Shown: positions 35,701-46,993 of the stretch, in pieces
Position numbering within the stretch: position 1 is the stretch's first letter
Layout: each line of letters opens with the position of its first letter
Assembly: GCA_001179505.1 (NCBI GenBank)
Contig: CDMY01000540.1
Location: 1-55,278 of the forward strand
Length of the DNA stretch: 55,278 nucleotides
Direction: 5' to 3'
Source of the DNA: Vitrella brassicaformis CCMP3155
Taxonomy: Eukaryota; Protista; Chromerida
Notes under the pieces: model-generated
Seen by the model: only the letters and a program-made list of their open reading frames with translations
Told to the model about the DNA's origin: nothing
Databases searched by the model: none
Program-made: the position numbers and the translations under genes

Positions 35701-37083
35701 ACATGATGATGCTGAGCTCTGCCTGAAGGAAGCATGAGACGGGATCGGTGCAGTCGGATGGCCAAGTGGGGTCACAGGTGGGGTTGTGCCAGAACTGCTC
35801 ATAGGCTGACGAGTCCATTACAAAGACAGAAAAGAAGAGACAATACGCTTGGTCATTCTTTTGATGAGTTACTACTGTTACCCTTCCTCGTCGCCTTGTA
35901 CGTCTCTGGGCTCCAGCCGGGCGCGCAAGGCCGGCCCAGGGCAGCTGGCGGCTCGCCTCTTGATGATCCATGGCCATGGCTGGCTGCATATCTGAAAGAA
36001 ATGCGACCACATGCAAAAATGACAGGAACCGAGAAAACAATCGCATTGTACCCGACACGAGGACGAGCTGCATCGGCTGTGTCTCAAGAGCTTCCGCAGA
36101 CTGCTCTTCAGCCCCTGAAGACAGGCACATGCAGAGGAATGAGAATAACATGTTGCTTTCCCACCTGTGTTGCTGGCTGACAGTGAGGCAGCCCCGCCGT
36201 CTCCCTCGTCCCTCTCTGAGGGCATCTCACACAGAAGCGCTCCCCCCGCACACACCTCTGAACAAGACAGGAAAACTCCGCCGACACGCCGACTATACTG
36301 AGGGTGGCTACCTACCTGTCCCTGCACCCACGGGAGTGAGGCCGACAGCCGGTCTCTCCATGCTGACGACAGACGGGTTGAAGGGCAGAGGAGGGCTCCA
36401 AGAGGGCTCTGAAATACAAAGACGAAATGTGATGGATAACAGTTTGCATTTGGAGGGGCGCTGACCTTCGTCGCCCTCGGTTGGAGGCAGCTCCTGCTTG
36501 GCTGGCGAGTCTGTCACATTCAAGGCAAACACGAGGATATGGCGGGTTGTCGAAAGAGGCTCACTGACCTCAGTTACCGTGGATTTGCGATTCTTCCTTC
36601 GATACGACATCACCGGAGGCATCAGAGCCCTCTTCTTGGCCACGTGACGGCGGATCTACCACAGACACCACCAATGGAGAAAGACAGAATGACAAGGAGG
36701 TGAGGTGGGTGTTCGCTGTTCAGTCCTGTTCACCTCCTTGACCGTCCTCTTTGGGCACATGACGCGCGTCTTGCACAGACGGACTCGCCTCTGCGTCCGA
36801 AAAAAAAAGCAAACAGACGAGTTTTCACATCTTTTGGCGTCGGTTGATGGGCCAACCTTCTTCGACGTCGTTTGTTGGTTGGCCACGCGAGGACGAGCCG
36901 CATTTCGGCAGACACGTCATCAGACCTGAAAGTACACACACAATGGACGCCATTGATACAATCCTTTCCGTTTGTTGCCCTTTCTTTCTCACTCTTCAAC
37001 TCACTCGGCTTCCTTTTGCCGTCACTATTGCTCGGCAGGCAGCCAAGCGGGCAGCGTCGAGGCTTTGGCAGCGAAGACGACAT
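32773..37083 (-). CDS. Hypothetical protein with many short exons (>18)
   Basis: MSSSLPKP.. start at 37083. Consecutive phase-matched exons (DARHVPKEDG, DPPSRGQEEG, DSPAKQELP, VDSDSTEVPL, DADLLARVPPYIKKYLQFHAR|LMKSEYK, CTVSLEHWLWGGEKG, EREDAQLAFVEALYHG, LERVKKREKQ). Stop ~32773. Some central junctions are unresolved. Confidence 0.6.
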
Positions 37084-37539
37084 GAATGAGACCGATGCCA
37101 ACGCTTTCTTGGCAGATCTCTTCGTCCTGTCGACGCCGTGTGATCAGGTGAAGGCTTCTTGATCACTTATCTCGTTCCTCCGCGATACGATGAGATGGGA
37201 TTGGATCGAGCTGCAATTGTAAACTCAGTCGGCGAGCAAGGCCACAAAGGCCACATGCATAGGGAACCCATCCCCTCACTGTGCACAGCCGGCCAGAACT
37301 TATTCCATCCATCCATCCATCATCACCAGAGTGTCTGTCTGTCTGTCTGTCTGTCTGTCTCACTCGCGCCTGAAGCGCTTTGGGTGTTGCATGGTGTCCA
37401 TCTTACGTCTCTTCTCTACCTGACATCAACAATCACACATTTCCCCCCCTCCCTCCTTCGCTCATCTATCTCTCACACACCGACCAGCACCAGGCCACGG
37501 ATCCATCCATCCATCCGTCCGTCCACCATCGCCGCCACC

Positions 37540-38460
37540 AACCGTGGCAAAGCATTGCGAAGCTTCAGTGGCAGGGCGCGGCACAGCTGCTGTGTGTGCA
37601 GGAGGCTGGTCGCTTCGTCGACTCGTGATTCGACACGAGTGCGCTTCCACGAGCCGACGGATCAACTGGCGCATCCAACACACAACATGCAGCAGTGTTG
37701 TCTGCCTGTCCGTCTGTCTGTCTGTCTGTCTATTTGTCTGTCTGTCTGTCTGTGCACCGCCCGCCCCTCTACCTACACACGCAGCAGGCCACGTAACGAT
37801 GGATGAGAAACTTCCGGATGTTTGATAGGACAAGTGGGCGTCACGGAAATGTCAGTTCATCGCAGGCAGGCAGTCAGACAGGCAGTCAGGCGGGCAGTGA
37901 GATTAGCTAGACAGACAGACAGAAACGGAAGACAGACAGACGGACAGGGAGGCAGGGAGTTGGTTTGGCGGCGTCCAGCATTCAGCTGCCAACCAACGAC
38001 ATGTACGAGAAAGAGGTGTTGGTTCATTCGTGTGCTGTCGACTGTCTCTGTTTCTCTGTTACTCGATACAGTATGGGGTCGCTCATCTGAACAAGCACGT
38101 ACCTGACGTTTGCGCGCACACAGACAGGAGCTACACATGACACACAAAGGCCCACGACGCCTCTCTCGCCCACCCACGTGTGATGGTTGTGTGTTTGCAG
38201 TGCATGGTGTAGTAGTGGTACCAGTTGCCCCGCCGACCGTCGACCGAATCCATCACGCGTCCATCCACGAAGTACTTCCATCCAGCCGTGACGTACAAAT
38301 AGTGTGGTAGAGCACACCACGGCCCGGCCCGGACGGGTACGCAGTGAAGGGCGGCCCGATCTCGTCCAGGTGGTCACGTGAAGTGAATGTCTGGTGACGC
38401 TTGGCCCATCGCTTGTCACGAAGTATGCGGGCACAACTCGAGCAGCGGCCGGGCACACCA
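37540..38460 (-). CDS. Possible small multi-exon gene, frame unresolved
   Basis: GC3-rich stretches (38420-38180, 37650-37540) bounded by splice-like sites and microsatellite introns. All three frames are partly open. Confidence 0.2.
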
Positions 38461-38869
38461 CACGCCGGACTGAGAGCTCCTACAGGCACAACACACACAA
38501 CACACACATGTCATTGGATGGCCTGCACTGTGGCGCGTGCCCTCTCCCCCCCTCTCTCTTCTTTCTCTAGAGTGAAGAGCCGCGAGCTTTGCAAAGATCT
38601 GCCGATGGCGCAGATCTCTATCGTGTGTGCTGTCTGGTGACTCATACGTACTCGCTGGATCATTGCTCTCTCGCTGTGCATCCACTTGCAAAGGTACGCC
38701 TTCTCTATGCACCATTCACACACGCTGTGTGCAGGTTTGCGGACGTGTGGACCTCCCTGCTCATGGTGTGGTGTGCCAACTTCAGGTGTGTGATCGTTCG
38801 ACGTTCGCCGGCCATCCTCTGGACTGCATACAACCGCCTTGGACGCCTGACAAATCGCCTCGTTCGACA

Positions 38870-40678
38870 ATGCTGACCCTTGTCGGGCTCAAATGGGTCG
38901 CTGTTGGCCTGCTGGGCTCGGTTGCGGCCATGGCCAGCGACTCCGCTGGTTTCTCCACAAAGGCTGACTATTCGCAACCTATCGTCATAGCCGGCGGAGG
39001 TAAGCCACCGCACCGATGTCCCCAGGCTTTCCACAGTGATTTGCCCCTCTCTCCTTTGCATAGGCCCTGCGGGACTCTCGACAGCGCTGATGCTCGCCAA
39101 GCGAGGCTTTCGCGACATCACTGTGCTCGAGGCGATGAGCGCAAAAAACTACCTGAAAGACACCGACCGCAGCTACCGCATGGGGCTTCATCCCCGAAGC
39201 CAGTGGGTCCTGGAGAGCCTCGGGGCAGCCGACGCCGTCAAGGCTGACGCCTCCCTCGACATTGGGAAGAACGCGACGATTGTCCGGCCTGAAGGCGTGA
39301 CAGTACGGAGGATTTTCAGAGACCCGACTGACAAGAGGGGAGCTAGCAAAGGGGACGGCAAGAGCCGCAAGCGCACGTACAACGATTATTGGCTAGTGAC
39401 GCGGCAGACTCTGGTGCGAGGTCTGTTCCGTACTGTGCGGAGAAAGTACCCGCGTTGCATTCGAGTCATCTTTGACGCCAAAGTGGACTCTGTGCGGATC
39501 ACTGAACGGCAAAGCCGCCCCGTGGAAGTGACGTTTACCAAGCCGTCGCGGGTGCCTTTCTGGAGGAGTCCGGTCATGACAATACGGCAGCTGAACGCAT
39601 CTCTCGTGCTCGGTACTGACGGCTATCGCAGCAAGGTGCTGGACGCCATGAAGGAGCTCAATCCAGACTTCAAAGAAGTGGTCCTCTCCCAGTGTCCACG
39701 GCTTCCGGCCAAAGAGAGCCGCAGAAGGTACAAGGTGCTGTCTTTCCCTGGCAATGTCACCTTCTGCTTCTCACCGAGGTCACAAGGCAACAGCAGTGCC
39801 CCTCCGCAGCGCTACCAGCTACACCACGACACCCTCGGCCTTTTCTATTCCGCAAAGGACAACGTCCGAATGAGCCTCTTCCAGGCACCCAGGAAGACTT
39901 CGCTTCGCCCCGGCGTCATCGCCGTCGACAAGAGCCACAAACTGCTGTCTCTTAAGACGTGCGATGCGGTGCTGGAGTACTTCGGGGAGGTATTTCCACA
40001 TCTGCGGCCGATCCGCGTGTTCATATCTCGAGAGGAGGCCGATCGCTTCGCCAAGTCGCGGCCGGGGACGCTGAGTCTTCCGCGGTATGTCTGGCCGCTG
40101 CACTATGGGGACCGACTGGTACTGCTTGGCGACTCAGCACACTCTGTGCCGCCCAACATGGGGCTGGGCGTCAACGCAGGTAAGAGGGCAGCGCACAGAA
40201 GAGGGGTTGCACGTTTTTTAGCACGATGTGTGTCTTCTCTGCAGCTTTGGACGACTGTCGTGCTTTGAAGGAAGCACTCGACAAGGCTGGGGATGACCTA
40301 GCGATGGCACTCCCACTGTACAGCGAGCTGCAGGGCAAGGAGGCCCAGTCGCTTGCACTGCTCGAGTATCGGCACTCGCTGACGCCCGCCTCGGCGATGT
40401 TCAGGCAGCTGACGCCCCTCCAGCGTCTCGATTGGCACGTCGAGAAGAGGCTGCGGAGCATGCTAAGAAAGCTCCTGCCGTGGCTCTTTTCGACAGAATT
40501 CGAGACCATCCCGCTGCGGACAGCATACGGCGGGAGCCTCACGAAGGTGCTCAGAGAGGCAGATGCTCTGGCCAACACTGCGAGGGCTGCAAAGCTGGCG
40601 CTAGTAGCGACTATCGTTCTCGCTGGAGTCCGCGAAGCCATCCGCAGGGGACTCGTTGAGGTGGTGTGGAGCACCTAA
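38870..40678 (+). CDS. FAD-dependent monooxygenase (kynurenine 3-monooxygenase-like / FAD_binding_3), N-terminal signal peptide, 3 exons
   Basis: IVIAGG|GPAGLSTALMLAKRG..TVLE (Rossmann GxGxxG); VLGTDGYRSKV (DG motif); LVLLGDSAHSVPPNMGLGVNA|ALDD (GD motif). Two in-phase introns. Confidence 0.9.
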
Positions 40679-40719
40679 CAGAGAATGAACAGCCCAAGTC
40701 CTGGCGCGAAAACCCGGGC

Positions 40720-41150
40720 GCCAGAGGGTGAGTGCAAGTTTATCTAGTGTGAGGGCATGGTGTGCGTGTTTGGAGGGGTCGAGAGTGTGAAAATGTCAAC
40801 CGCTCGTGTGTGAAGAGTGTATGCGGGCGCATGGTTTTGACCTTGCCTGAGTGTGTCTTTTTTGTGTGAGTGGTGTTTTTTGATGCGGCGTATGCTCGTC
40901 AAGGTCATGGTGAGTGAAGGCCACGTAAGTGTGTTGCGTCCGGTGAGGTTCTGGTGCCCTCAGGGTAGCCTAAGGCGGGGCGAGGGATGTCTATCATATA
41001 CACATCTCTATGTATGTATGTATGTATGTATGTATGTATGTGTGTGTCAGTTGAAGGTAGACCCTGTCGGAACGCACAACAATGGACACACACATGTATC
41101 TCGTGCATCCACATCCCTCGTAGTCGGGCCGGATTCGAGTGTCACGCTGA
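40720..41150 (+). repeat. Dispersed ~430-bp repeat, copy A
   Basis: gagggtgagtgcaagtttatctagtgtgagggcatggtgtg...ggattcgagt aligns colinearly with 42783-43295. Confidence 0.85.
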
Positions 41151-41634
41151 CTGGCATGATGGAAAAGAGACAAGGCAGAGAGCAGCTGCACACGTAAGCA
41201 AACACACAAAAAAAGTAGTCTTTTCGACGGTGGGTATCTCCCCGTCTGTTGGCGTCGCCCCGTTCTGCAAAAGCAGGGCTCAACGCCGAATGCAACAACG
41301 CCATTGGAAGAAAACAATAAGGGATGAATCGAACGAAGTTTTCTCGGCTCCCCTTCGCTGGTGTGTTGGATGTTTGTGAGAGAAGTTTCTCTGCTTTTCC
41401 ATGCTGAGAGCGGTTTCACGGAATGTCCTCTGATCCGCGTCTGCGAAACTAGAGCTCTCTCTGTGAGGCCTCGCTAAAGCGCGAAAGACGGTAAGCCAGC
41501 CACACTGCTGGCGAGGAATGAGATCCACTCATCATATCTTTGATCTGTTCAGGACGTGCCGCCTGGCGTGCCGCTCTCCTACCGCCCTTAGAGAGGGAAG
41601 GGCTCAGGGCTCCCTCCTTGCTTGACCGGCACCC

Positions 41635-42534
41635 ATGAGGCGGCTCACGCATGCTCTGCTCTCTGGAGCTCTGCTCCTCCTGGCTCAGATCTGCAGCCAC
41701 GGGGTGGGGGTGGCTCAATCATCAGCGGCGGTCCCGCCGCTTTATCGACGCTCATCATCATCATCTGTGGGGTCGTATCAGAGGCCTTCAGCGACTGCAA
41801 CCAATGAGGCGTTCATCTTCACTGCCGCGGGAGCGCCGCTGCCTTTCGCAGCACCAGTCGCTGCTCAGCGAGAGAGACGGCATCGTATGTCGTTGGCGGC
41901 AAGGAGCTCAACTGTTGCCGACAATGTCATTGCTGACAAGCCAACAAGCCTTCCCCGACCACTGTCCATCGCCCCGCTCGCACTGCTGCCCATCGCGCTG
42001 GCATTCTTCGTGAACTACGCGGTGCCATACGCAAGGAATTTCGCGGCAAGGGCAACGTACCTGTACCATGGGGTACCGAAGAATCATGTGTGGCTCGCCC
42101 TGCACATCCCATCGGCCGCTGTGCCGCTCTTGGCCGGTCCGGTCCAAATCGCGCTCGGGCTCAGCCGTCGCGGCCGCTCGTGGCCCCATCGCGTGCTCGG
42201 CTGGATCATTGCCGCTTCGACCCTCATCAGTATCCCCCCCGCAATGGTGTGCGCCTTCTTGAGCGAGAACATCCTACCCCACAAGCTCAGCTTGATAGCG
42301 CTAGACATCTACTGGACGGTGACCCTGGCTGCCGCCCTCTACTTCGTCAAGAACAAGAACATTCAGCTGCACCGCGACTTCATGATTCGCTACTACGCCG
42401 CGACACTCACCTTTGTCACGAATCGAATGGGAACCCACCTCGGGGGCGGCCTGATGAGCGGTGTTGCCGCGATCTGGATTACCTTCCTGGGTGTGGAGCT
42501 CCTCATCCCTCGCTTGCGCTCGGCTGCATGGTGA
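41635..42534 (+). CDS. DUF2306-family membrane protein, intronless, with signal/transit-like leader
   Basis: LALHIPSAAVPLLAGPVQ..WPHRVLGW..IQLHRDFMIRYYAATL is the H..G..Q / HR..G / HR.WM.R.Y pattern of DUF2306. 299-aa ORF. Confidence 0.85.
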   Translation: MRRLTHALLSGALLLLAQICSHGVGVAQSSAAVPPLYRRSSSSSVGSYQRPSATATNEAFIFTAAGAPLPFAAPVAAQRERRHRMSLAARSSTVADNVIADKPTSLPRPLSIAPLALLPIALAFFVNYAVPYARNFAARATYLYHGVPKNHVWLALHIPSAAVPLLAGPVQIALGLSRRGRSWPHRVLGWIIAASTLISIPPAMVCAFLSENILPHKLSLIALDIYWTVTLAAALYFVKNKNIQLHRDFMIRYYAATLTFVTNRMGTHLGGGLMSGVAAIWITFLGVELLIPRLRSAAW

Positions 42535-42782
42535 AGAAGTTGCTGCATGCAATCAGCGGCAGCGATCGATCCATGTTCGCGTGCAGGTGGGTGGGTGTAT
42601 CAGTTTGCCTTTTTTCAGTGGGAAGGCGTGTAGTTCCATGCCTCTTGTCCGAGGGAAGGACAGAAGATGAGACATTGTGCTCGTGCGGACTCCTCGTCTT
42701 TTTCCTGGAGTGTCGTGGCTGCTTTTTTGGAAGGTCGTAGGTGGATATGATATATGATTGTATGTATGTTTGTATGCCGGGT

Positions 42783-43295
42783 GCCGAGGGTGAGTGCAAG
42801 TTTATCTAGTGTGAGGGCATGGTGTGTGTGTATGACCCCGTGTGTCTTTGAGGGGTTGAGAGTGCGAAGATTTCAACCGCTCGTGTGTGTGAAGAGTGTA
42901 TGCGAGCGCGAAGTTTCGACCTTGCTGAGTGTGTCTTCTTTTGTGTTAGTGGTGTTTTTTGATGCGGCGTATGTCAGTCAACGTCATGGTGAGTGAAGGA
43001 CACATAAGTGTGTGTGGGGTTGCGTCTGGTGAGGTTTTTGGTCCCGCCAGCTAGCCTACAAGAGCCTACAAGATAATGAGGGACGAGGGATGTTTGTCAT
43101 GGACTCGCATGTCTGTATGTATGTGTGTCAGAGAGACCTTGTTGGAACACACAACAATGGACACACACATGTATGCAACAGCAATAATACACATGTGGCA
43201 GCTGGCCATCATCGCGTCGCTTCACCATCATGCCCAAAATCGAACACTCGTACACCCACATCCAGCGCACTCGGGGCGGATTCGAGTCTCACGCG
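42783..43295 (+). repeat. Dispersed ~500-bp repeat, copy B
   Basis: Direct, diverged copy of 40720-41150 with indels. Confidence 0.85.
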
Positions 43296-44248
43296 ATGAA
43301 TGCCGTGTGTCTGCGTGACGATCTTGGCCAAATGGGCAGCCTTGCGACCATCCTGAACTAACAAGAACACACAACACACCACGACAGTCGGCAGCTGACC
43401 ACGTGTGGCCGCCACACGCATGGCGAGTCGGGCTTGTCGACGGCTGAGGTGGGTAGTTAGTGTGCGGCCGCTCTGATTGATGGATGATGAACCACAGCAT
43501 GCATGCGGTGTGCCTTGCCTGTCTTAACAGGTCGGTCGCCGACACGCAACCAGTAGCAGCTCACACCCCTGCCAGGAGCGCCACAACAAGCATGACAGTC
43601 AAAACACCAATGGCGCCATCGACGGAACCAATGCCGCCATGTCATTGTCGAATGGTCATCCGTCGATGACCATTCGCCGCCCCCACATGCAGGGCACGAA
43701 CCCAAGGGGGCAAGGGTGCGTCGTGGTGCTAGGGCCTGCCTGCCTTTGTGGGTTACCTTGTCAGTCGGTCGACGCAACCATGCGCATCTATCCTCATGCA
43801 TGCCGCGGGACGGAAGGAACCATCTGACTGACATGACACACACACAGACACACAACGCATGACACACACGCTGGGCATCACTCACTCATTGCGCTGCTGC
43901 CCAGCGATGAGGCAATCGATTGCTTGCAGATCCTCAGCCACTGGAACTGCCAGCCAACAGAATGAAGCGAAAGGACAGATGTGCTCGTGACTGCACTGTG
44001 TGTGTATGAATGTATGTGAAGCCTCACTCGGCGGTCACCTCTGGCTGACGGGAGGCTCTTTTTGTTTGATTGCCTCCTTGCGGTCAGCTACGGACAACAG
44101 TGAAGATCTGTGACTGCTATGAAGATATATCAGCGCGGCCCTTGCTTTTCCGACAGAGAGCAGTTTCACGGAGCCCCAAGCTTCTGCGAGCTTTTCGTGG
44201 AAGAAATCCTGTTTTCCTCAGGTTGATGGCATCTTCTTGTGAGGTATG

Positions 44249-44494
44249 AAAGCGTCGTAAGCCCCAGCGATGACATTGACTCTCGCGGGGGCTCTGGCTT
44301 CAAATCACCCATCTACGACACACGGCATCGCCTTGGGGGCTTTGTACATGGGGCACCAACCGCAGCCGTGTGTCACATTCGCGGTTGGTGCCCCATGTAC
44401 AAAGCCCCCAAGCTAGTGCCGTGTGTCGTAGATAGGTGATTTGAACCATAGTCCCCGCGAGAGTCAACGTCATCGCTGGGGCTTACGACGCTTT
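44249..44494. repeat. Long inverted repeat (115/114-bp arms, 17-nt loop)
   Basis: 44249-44363 is the reverse complement of 44381-44494, with about 8 differences. Confidence 0.95.
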
Positions 44495-44661
44495 AAACTA
44501 CGAAGAACACGCAATCAATCCGGGGAAGGGCCCCCTCCTGGTTCGGAAACAAACCCTGAACCCTACAAACCTCGCGTGAGCGGCCCTTCGCAATAGATCT
44601 CGACGATGCAGAGGCAGGGAGCATCATAGGATGCGACAGGCTGCTGTGCTCGCCGCAGGGT

Positions 44662-44826
44662 ATGCCCCGTCCCCGATCGGAGCCCAACCTCGCTGCCGCT
44701 GCCGCTGCTGCCGACGAGATTGACTACTACCTGGTGCGACGGGCGGGGGGATGCTGGTGCGTCGTGATGGATCTATGACACGCTTGCTCTGTGTGTGTGC
44801 AGGCCAATCTGTTCAGCGAGGCTTGA
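44662..44826 (+). CDS. Tiny spliced ORF or orphan 3' gene fragment (MPRPRSEPNLA7DEIDYYL|ANLFSEA*)
   Basis: Phase-0 intron 44734-44802 and GC3-rich codons. Only 31 aa from the ATG. Confidence 0.3.
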
Positions 44827-45039
44827 CGATGACAGGTCGGGGGAGAGAGACGACTCAGACGAGCACGTGTTTGGTTCACTGCAGCTGCGTGCATTCGTGT
44901 GTGTGGTGTCTTCGTGTCTGCCTGTCTGCCTGTCTGTGTGTTTCCAGGGAGACCAGGAGCGAGCCTGACAATGAGGTGCCATCGGTACGTAGATTGAGAC
45001 GACTCGATAGCGACATGCACTCACTGACGTGGTTGTCCA

Positions 45040-45977
45040 CGAGTACGCGGCTGATGCTGCAGAACGCGCGAGGTGCTCAAGAACAGCAAGGTGCAGAAAT
45101 GGGGTTCGCCAAGATCGCCATCGAGCAGGGCGTCACCATCGTGCCCACATGCTCGGTCGGCACCGAAGACATGCTCGAGATACTCAAGGTGCGTTCGCGT
45201 GCTCGTGCGTTTGTGTGACTGCATCGGTACGTATGTGTGTGGGCGTGTGTCGGTATGTTAGGATGTGCTTATCGACTGGCTGATTGGCAAGTCCAGCCTG
45301 ACGGCGCCCATCATCAAGTACCCCACGCGAAAACCGAGCGAGTCTACTTCTGGTCAGACAGGAACACACAGACGGACACCTGGGCCGAGGGAAAAATCCA
45401 CTCTGCACCTCCTCTCTGTCGCGTGTGTGTGGGGTGTGTGTGTCAGATTCGGCGATCCCGTCATCACGGCTGAGGAGAAGAAGCAGCTCGATGCAGTCGC
45501 AGGGACCGACGCATCTGACGCCGTAAGCACCCCCACAACCACACTGGCGTCAGTCAGCACGGCCCATATCTTGTCGTGTTGTGTGCTGCCGTCTTGTGTG
45601 AGTGTGCAAAAGCTGCAGGAGCTGGCTGCAAATCAGACGACCCCCACGCCGAGACCAGCCGGCCTCTGACACGCGTCTCGTTTGTGCGTCTGAGTGTAGG
45701 CGTCAAGGAGCTTCAGCAGCGGCAGGCGGACGACGCCGGGCGGATGCTCCCCGACCGCGTCAAGTGCACCGCCGAGGCCACTAAGGCCGCCATCACCGAC
45801 CAGGCGGACGAGCAGGAGACGCAGCCCGAGAGTGTGCAGGACATGGGCGACGATGGGAAGGACGGCTGCACGGGGGAAGAAGAGGGCTCGCGAGTCAGAA
45901 GGCGATGTGAGCAAGCGGTTTTTGGCCATTATCAGTGTTTTTGGTCGTTCGAAGTCATGTGTTTCGTGGGTTTCTGA
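45040..45977 (+). pseudogene. Decayed C-terminal half of a DGAT2/PlsC-like acyltransferase
   Basis: REVLK and MGFAKIAIEQGVTIVPTCSVGTEDML lie in different frames. A frameshift separates PIIKYPT from ERVYF. Splicing gives TG|A (stop) before FGDPVIT. VKELQQRQADDAGRML C-terminus. No N-terminal half found. Confidence 0.6.
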
Positions 45978-46993
45978 TATCCGTGCTGTATGGCTGGTGG
46001 GTGGGTGGGCAGAGTGTGTCAGGCAGGAGCGTTGTTGCCCGGTAAATGGGCAGCATCCACCCATCTGTGTCTGGCCGCTTACTGTAGCGTCTATCTACCC
46101 CGTGGCCCTCTTTTCTCCTATTCATACTAGCTGCTTTTTTAGTGTGGTTGAAAGGAATCACAAACAGACAGACAGACAGACACCCAGACAGACAGCCAGA
46201 CAGACAAACGGTTGACTCAGCGCAGCCGGACACGTCACGTCTTCTCGGGTCTGCTGCTAGGTCGGTTTATTGATGGATAGGTAGCAAACACATGAGCCGT
46301 CTCGTCCTTCCTTGTTTCCCTCCTTCTCACACGCATCTGTGCGGTTCCTGTCTCTGTTCTTTGCTGCCGCGTCGGATGACTCGATTGACTCGACTCCTGT
46401 GCAGAGAGGGCGCTTCGCAGGAGACGGGTCGGTTGTGTCGTACAGTGCAGCAGCAGAGGACGAGAACTACGCTGGCATGACGACAAATGGATTTTGATTA
46501 CAGTGGAGTTGTTGATCTCTCATGTTGTTGCTGCCAGTCGCAGTGGCTGGCTCTTTTTACTATTGGGTCCCTATGTTTTTCTTGACCTTTTCGCCTGTTT
46601 GGCGACGGCTTGATTGCTGCATGTGTGCATTCCATGATGCATCATGAAATCAGAATCCGCTCACCATGTCTGAAAAGCAATGCTCTTCCTCGTCCAGTCC
46701 GTATTCCACACAGTCGACTGCCAGTAACAAACCAAATAATCCCTCACACTCCATCCTCAATCTCCTGAGCACTGGAACTGGTGCATGCACACTCATGTGA
46801 CACGTGTCCCTTCCTGGAAAAAATATGTGTATCCGCGTGCATTGCACTCCTTCGTGACGTCCGTCCTGCATCCATATGTACACAAAGACATATCATGGGC
46901 TGACGTCAGCCAATGTCGATGTGTGCGTGTATGTCTGTGTGTCTTCCTTCGTGACCACCCTCACCATGCTGTATGCCGATCGCATGGTGTATC

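Noticed and set aside
32560-44880. Shared peptide QTRARLSRL in ORFs at ~32.6 kb and ~44.85 kb
   Set aside because: The nucleotide sequences are unrelated. Coincidental.
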